From NCBI GenBank assembly GCA_052325545.1, contig JBKQUP010000009.1, positions 13,486-77,485 of the forward strand: a DNA stretch of 64,000 bases. The letters run 5' to 3'. The notes under the pieces are model-generated. The model saw only the letters and a list, made by a program, of their open reading frames with translations, made no database searches and was not told where the DNA came from. The translations under genes and the position numbers were made by a program. Position 1 is the stretch's first letter. Each line of letters begins with the position of its first letter. This document shows, piece by piece, positions 61,396-64,000 of this stretch. The DNA is from Thermoplasmata archaeon. Lineage in GTDB: Archaea; Thermoplasmatota; Thermoplasmata; Lutacidiplasmatales; UBA184.

Positions 61396-62856
61396 ATGAT
61401 TTGCCCCGTGGACGAGGTCGGCCGCATCTACGGTGACGTAGGGCTGGGTCAGTTCCACCTCAGCCTCTCCCAGCCCGTCGAGCGGGGCGACTACCTGGCG
61501 GTCGAGGACGAGCTCCACGGGAAGGTCCTCTGCCAGCTGGACGACCTGAAGCGCAAGAGCGACCTCGGACTCGAGGCGGCGGGGGCGCTCAAGCCGACGG
61601 AAGAGGCTCCAATCCACGAGAACCTCCTCGGGCTGGTCCGCATCATCGGCTACCGGGACGCCCGGGGGATCGTGAAGATCCCGACCATCCCCTTCCGGCC
61701 GGGGGCCCACGTCTTCCGGGCCGATGAACCGCTCATCGCCGAGGTGCTCGGCCTGAAGCACCGGCCGAACTCGGGCGCGTACGTGGGGTTGCTGCGGAAC
61801 CACGCGATCCACGTCGAGCTCGACATCAACCAGCTCGTCCAGCGGCACGTGAGCGTGCTCGCCAAGACCGGCGGCGGGAAGAGCTACCTTCTCGGCGTCC
61901 TCATCGAGGAGCTGCTCCGCCACAAGGTGACGTGCGTCATCATCGACCCGCACGGGGAGTACGGCTCGCTGCGCATGTCCGCGGAGCCGAACGGCGGCAA
62001 CGCACGGTTCGGGGTCTCCGCCCAGGGGTTCGCGAAGCAGGTCCGGGAGTTCTCGCCCGATGCCACCCTGAACCCGGGGGCGAAGCCGCTCACCTTCTCG
62101 CTCCACCACCTCGACCCGCGCGAGCTGCTGGTGTTCATGGGCCTCACGAACGTGAAGACGTTCCTCCCCCCCCTGAAGCAGATCATCGAGCGGGTGAGCG
62201 TGGCCACCCCGGACTTCACCGTCCACGACCTCGTTCGTGCGGCCGAGGTGGGAGAAGGGGCCGTCGCGGACACGCTCCACGAACGGCTCGAGTACGTCGA
62301 GCAGACGAAGCTCCTCGGCCCCCAGGGGACGAGCCTGAACGAGCTCGTGAAAGAGGGCGATGCGACCCTCATCAACCTGCGCGGCGTCGCGGTCGACATC
62401 CAGGAGCTCGTGGTCGCCCGGATCGCGGCGACGCTCTTCGACAACCGCAAGCGGGGGAGGATCCCGCCGCTCTTCCTCGTCATCGAGGAGGCGCACAACT
62501 TCGCCCCCCAACAGGGTCAGGTGACGAGCTCGCGGGTCCTGAAGAACATCGCGAGCGAGGGGCGGAAGTTCGGTCTCGGACTATGCGTTGTCACGCAGCG
62601 CGCGGCTCGCATCGACAAGAACGTCCTGTCCCAGTGCAACACGCAGCTGATCTTGCAGGTCACGAACCCGCTCGACCTGAAGGCGATCACCCAGTCGATC
62701 GAGGGGCTCACGAACGGGATGACCGAGATGATCCAATCGCTCCCCGTCGGAGTGGCCCTCATCACGGGCGGCGGCTACCACACGCCCCTCTTCTGCGAGG
62801 TCCGCCCGCGCTCCACCCGGCACGGCGGCGAGAGCGTCCAGGTCGTCGCGGCCTGA
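61396..62856 (+). CDS. HerA/DUF87-family ATPase
   Basis: HAS-barrel N-terminus, AKTGGGKS, DPHGEY, IEEAH, EGRKFG, TQR. Confidence 0.9.
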   Translation: MICPVDEVGRIYGDVGLGQFHLSLSQPVERGDYLAVEDELHGKVLCQLDDLKRKSDLGLEAAGALKPTEEAPIHENLLGLVRIIGYRDARGIVKIPTIPFRPGAHVFRADEPLIAEVLGLKHRPNSGAYVGLLRNHAIHVELDINQLVQRHVSVLAKTGGGKSYLLGVLIEELLRHKVTCVIIDPHGEYGSLRMSAEPNGGNARFGVSAQGFAKQVREFSPDATLNPGAKPLTFSLHHLDPRELLVFMGLTNVKTFLPPLKQIIERVSVATPDFTVHDLVRAAEVGEGAVADTLHERLEYVEQTKLLGPQGTSLNELVKEGDATLINLRGVAVDIQELVVARIAATLFDNRKRGRIPPLFLVIEEAHNFAPQQGQVTSSRVLKNIASEGRKFGLGLCVVTQRAARIDKNVLSQCNTQLILQVTNPLDLKAITQSIEGLTNGMTEMIQSLPVGVALITGGGYHTPLFCEVRPRSTRHGGESVQVVAA

Positions 62857-62938
62857 CGGACCGCCCCGCCCGTCCGCGAACGCGCCCGGGGAAGCGGAAC
62901 AGCCCCGGGCCGGGGCGGCGTCGGGAAGGTCGGCCGAA

Positions 62939-64000
62939 CTATCCCCGCGGGGGAGCGGTCTCCAGGTACCGGGTAACGAGGCGCACCGCGAAGGCGGTCG
63001 CGCCGATGTTCTGGTACGCCGGCTGCCACCGACGTGTCTTGCCCGTGGTGTACGCCGGTCCGGCGATGTCGATGTGCGCCCACGGGGTCGTGCCCACGAA
63101 CGTCTCGAGGAACGCGGCCGCGGTCAGCATCCCCGCGACCGGGAGCTCGGTCGAGTTGCGGACGTCCGCGATGTCGCTCTTCACGATCTCGCGGTGGTAG
63201 TCGGTGAGCGGCATCTGCCACACCGGCTCCCCGGTCTGCGCCGAGGCGAGGAGGAGCGCCTGGGCGAGCTTCTCGTCGTTCGAGACGAGGCCCGCGGTGT
63301 CGTCCCCGAGCGCCACCACCTGGGCCCCGGTGAGCGTCGCGAGGTCGATCACCTCGTCCGGACGGTACTGCTTGACGACGTACCCGAGCCCGTCCGAGAG
63401 GACCACGCGTCCCTCGGCGTCGGTGTTGACGACCTCGATCGTCTTCCCGTTGAACGAGCGAACGACGTCGCCCGGCCGGTAGGAGGTCCCGCTCGGGACG
63501 TTCTCGGCGCAGCACATGACCCCGATCACGCGGGGCGGCACCTTGAGGGTCGCCGCGGCGCGCAGGATGCCGAGGACGGCGACCGCCCCCGACTTGTCGA
63601 ACTTCATCTCCTGCATGCTCATCGCCGGCTTGATCGAGATCCCGCCGGAATCGAACGTGATCCCCTTGCCGACCACGGCGATCGTCCGCCCGCGGCGGGC
63701 GCCGCCCGGATACTCGAGGACGACCATGCGCGGGGGGTGGCCGGACGAACCGCTGCCGACCGCGAGGATCCCGCCGCATCCCATCTCGGCGAGCTTCTTC
63801 TCGTCGAAGACGGTGACCTTGAGCCCGAACTCCTTGCCGAGCGCGACCGCTTCGTCGGCGAGCCGCTGCGGGGAGGCCGTGTCGGCCGGAAGGTTCGCGA
63901 TGTCCCGGGTCCAGACGACCACGTCCGCGATCGTTGCCTGGTCGGCCACGGTCTTCTTGAGGGCCGCCTCGTCCCGCGAGAACTCCTCGCCGAGGTGGAT
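62939..64000 (-). CDS. pepA: leucyl aminopeptidase (M17), 5' end outside window
   Basis: VGKGITFDSGG, NTDAEGR, DLATLTGA, WAHIDIAG. Confidence 0.95.
   Translation of the reverse strand: MHLGEEFSRDEAALKKTVADQATIADVVVWTRDIANLPADTASPQRLADEAVALGKEFGLKVTVFDEKKLAEMGCGGILAVGSGSSGHPPRMVVLEYPGGARRGRTIAVVGKGITFDSGGISIKPAMSMQEMKFDKSGAVAVLGILRAAATLKVPPRVIGVMCCAENVPSGTSYRPGDVVRSFNGKTIEVVNTDAEGRVVLSDGLGYVVKQYRPDEVIDLATLTGAQVVALGDDTAGLVSNDEKLAQALLLASAQTGEPVWQMPLTDYHREIVKSDIADVRNSTELPVAGMLTAAAFLETFVGTTPWAHIDIAGPAYTTGKTRRWQPAYQNIGATAFAVRLVTRYLETAPPRG

Overview
A high-GC archaeal core-genome segment. The 16S sequence, unsplit RpoB, VAT and aCPSF1-psmB order point to Thermoplasmatota; an uncultured high-GC soil or peat lineage such as Lutacidiplasmatales is my inference. 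It contains a riboflavin operon (ribB-ribL-ribC-ribH), a stand-alone 16S rRNA gene, the rpoH-B-A'-A''-L30e-nusA operon, purS-purL, a B12 acyl-CoA mutase, folC, nth, alaS, a KaiC/GvpD-like ATPase, purE-guaAB, a membrane-anchor-less SdhABE complex, psmB-aCPSF1, mutS-mutL, three tRNAs, VAT, a large surface glycoprotein, L18e-L13-S9-rpoN, a V4R-roadblock pair, a HerA-like ATPase and pepA. I saw no mobile element or CRISPR array. Main points not visible in the ORF track: (1) two tRNA genes interrupted at non-canonical positions, tRNA-Lys(UUU) with D-loop and T-loop introns and tRNA-Gly(UCC) with a T-loop intron, both T-loop introns having strict bulge-helix-bulge (BHB) geometry; (2) a PD-(D/E)xK nuclease gene translationally coupled to mutS-mutL; (3) isobutyryl-CoA-mutase specificity residues in the mutase; (4) a probable ACG start for purS and C33 in tRNA-Gly; (5) an unexplained ~105-nt structured element downstream of rpoN.
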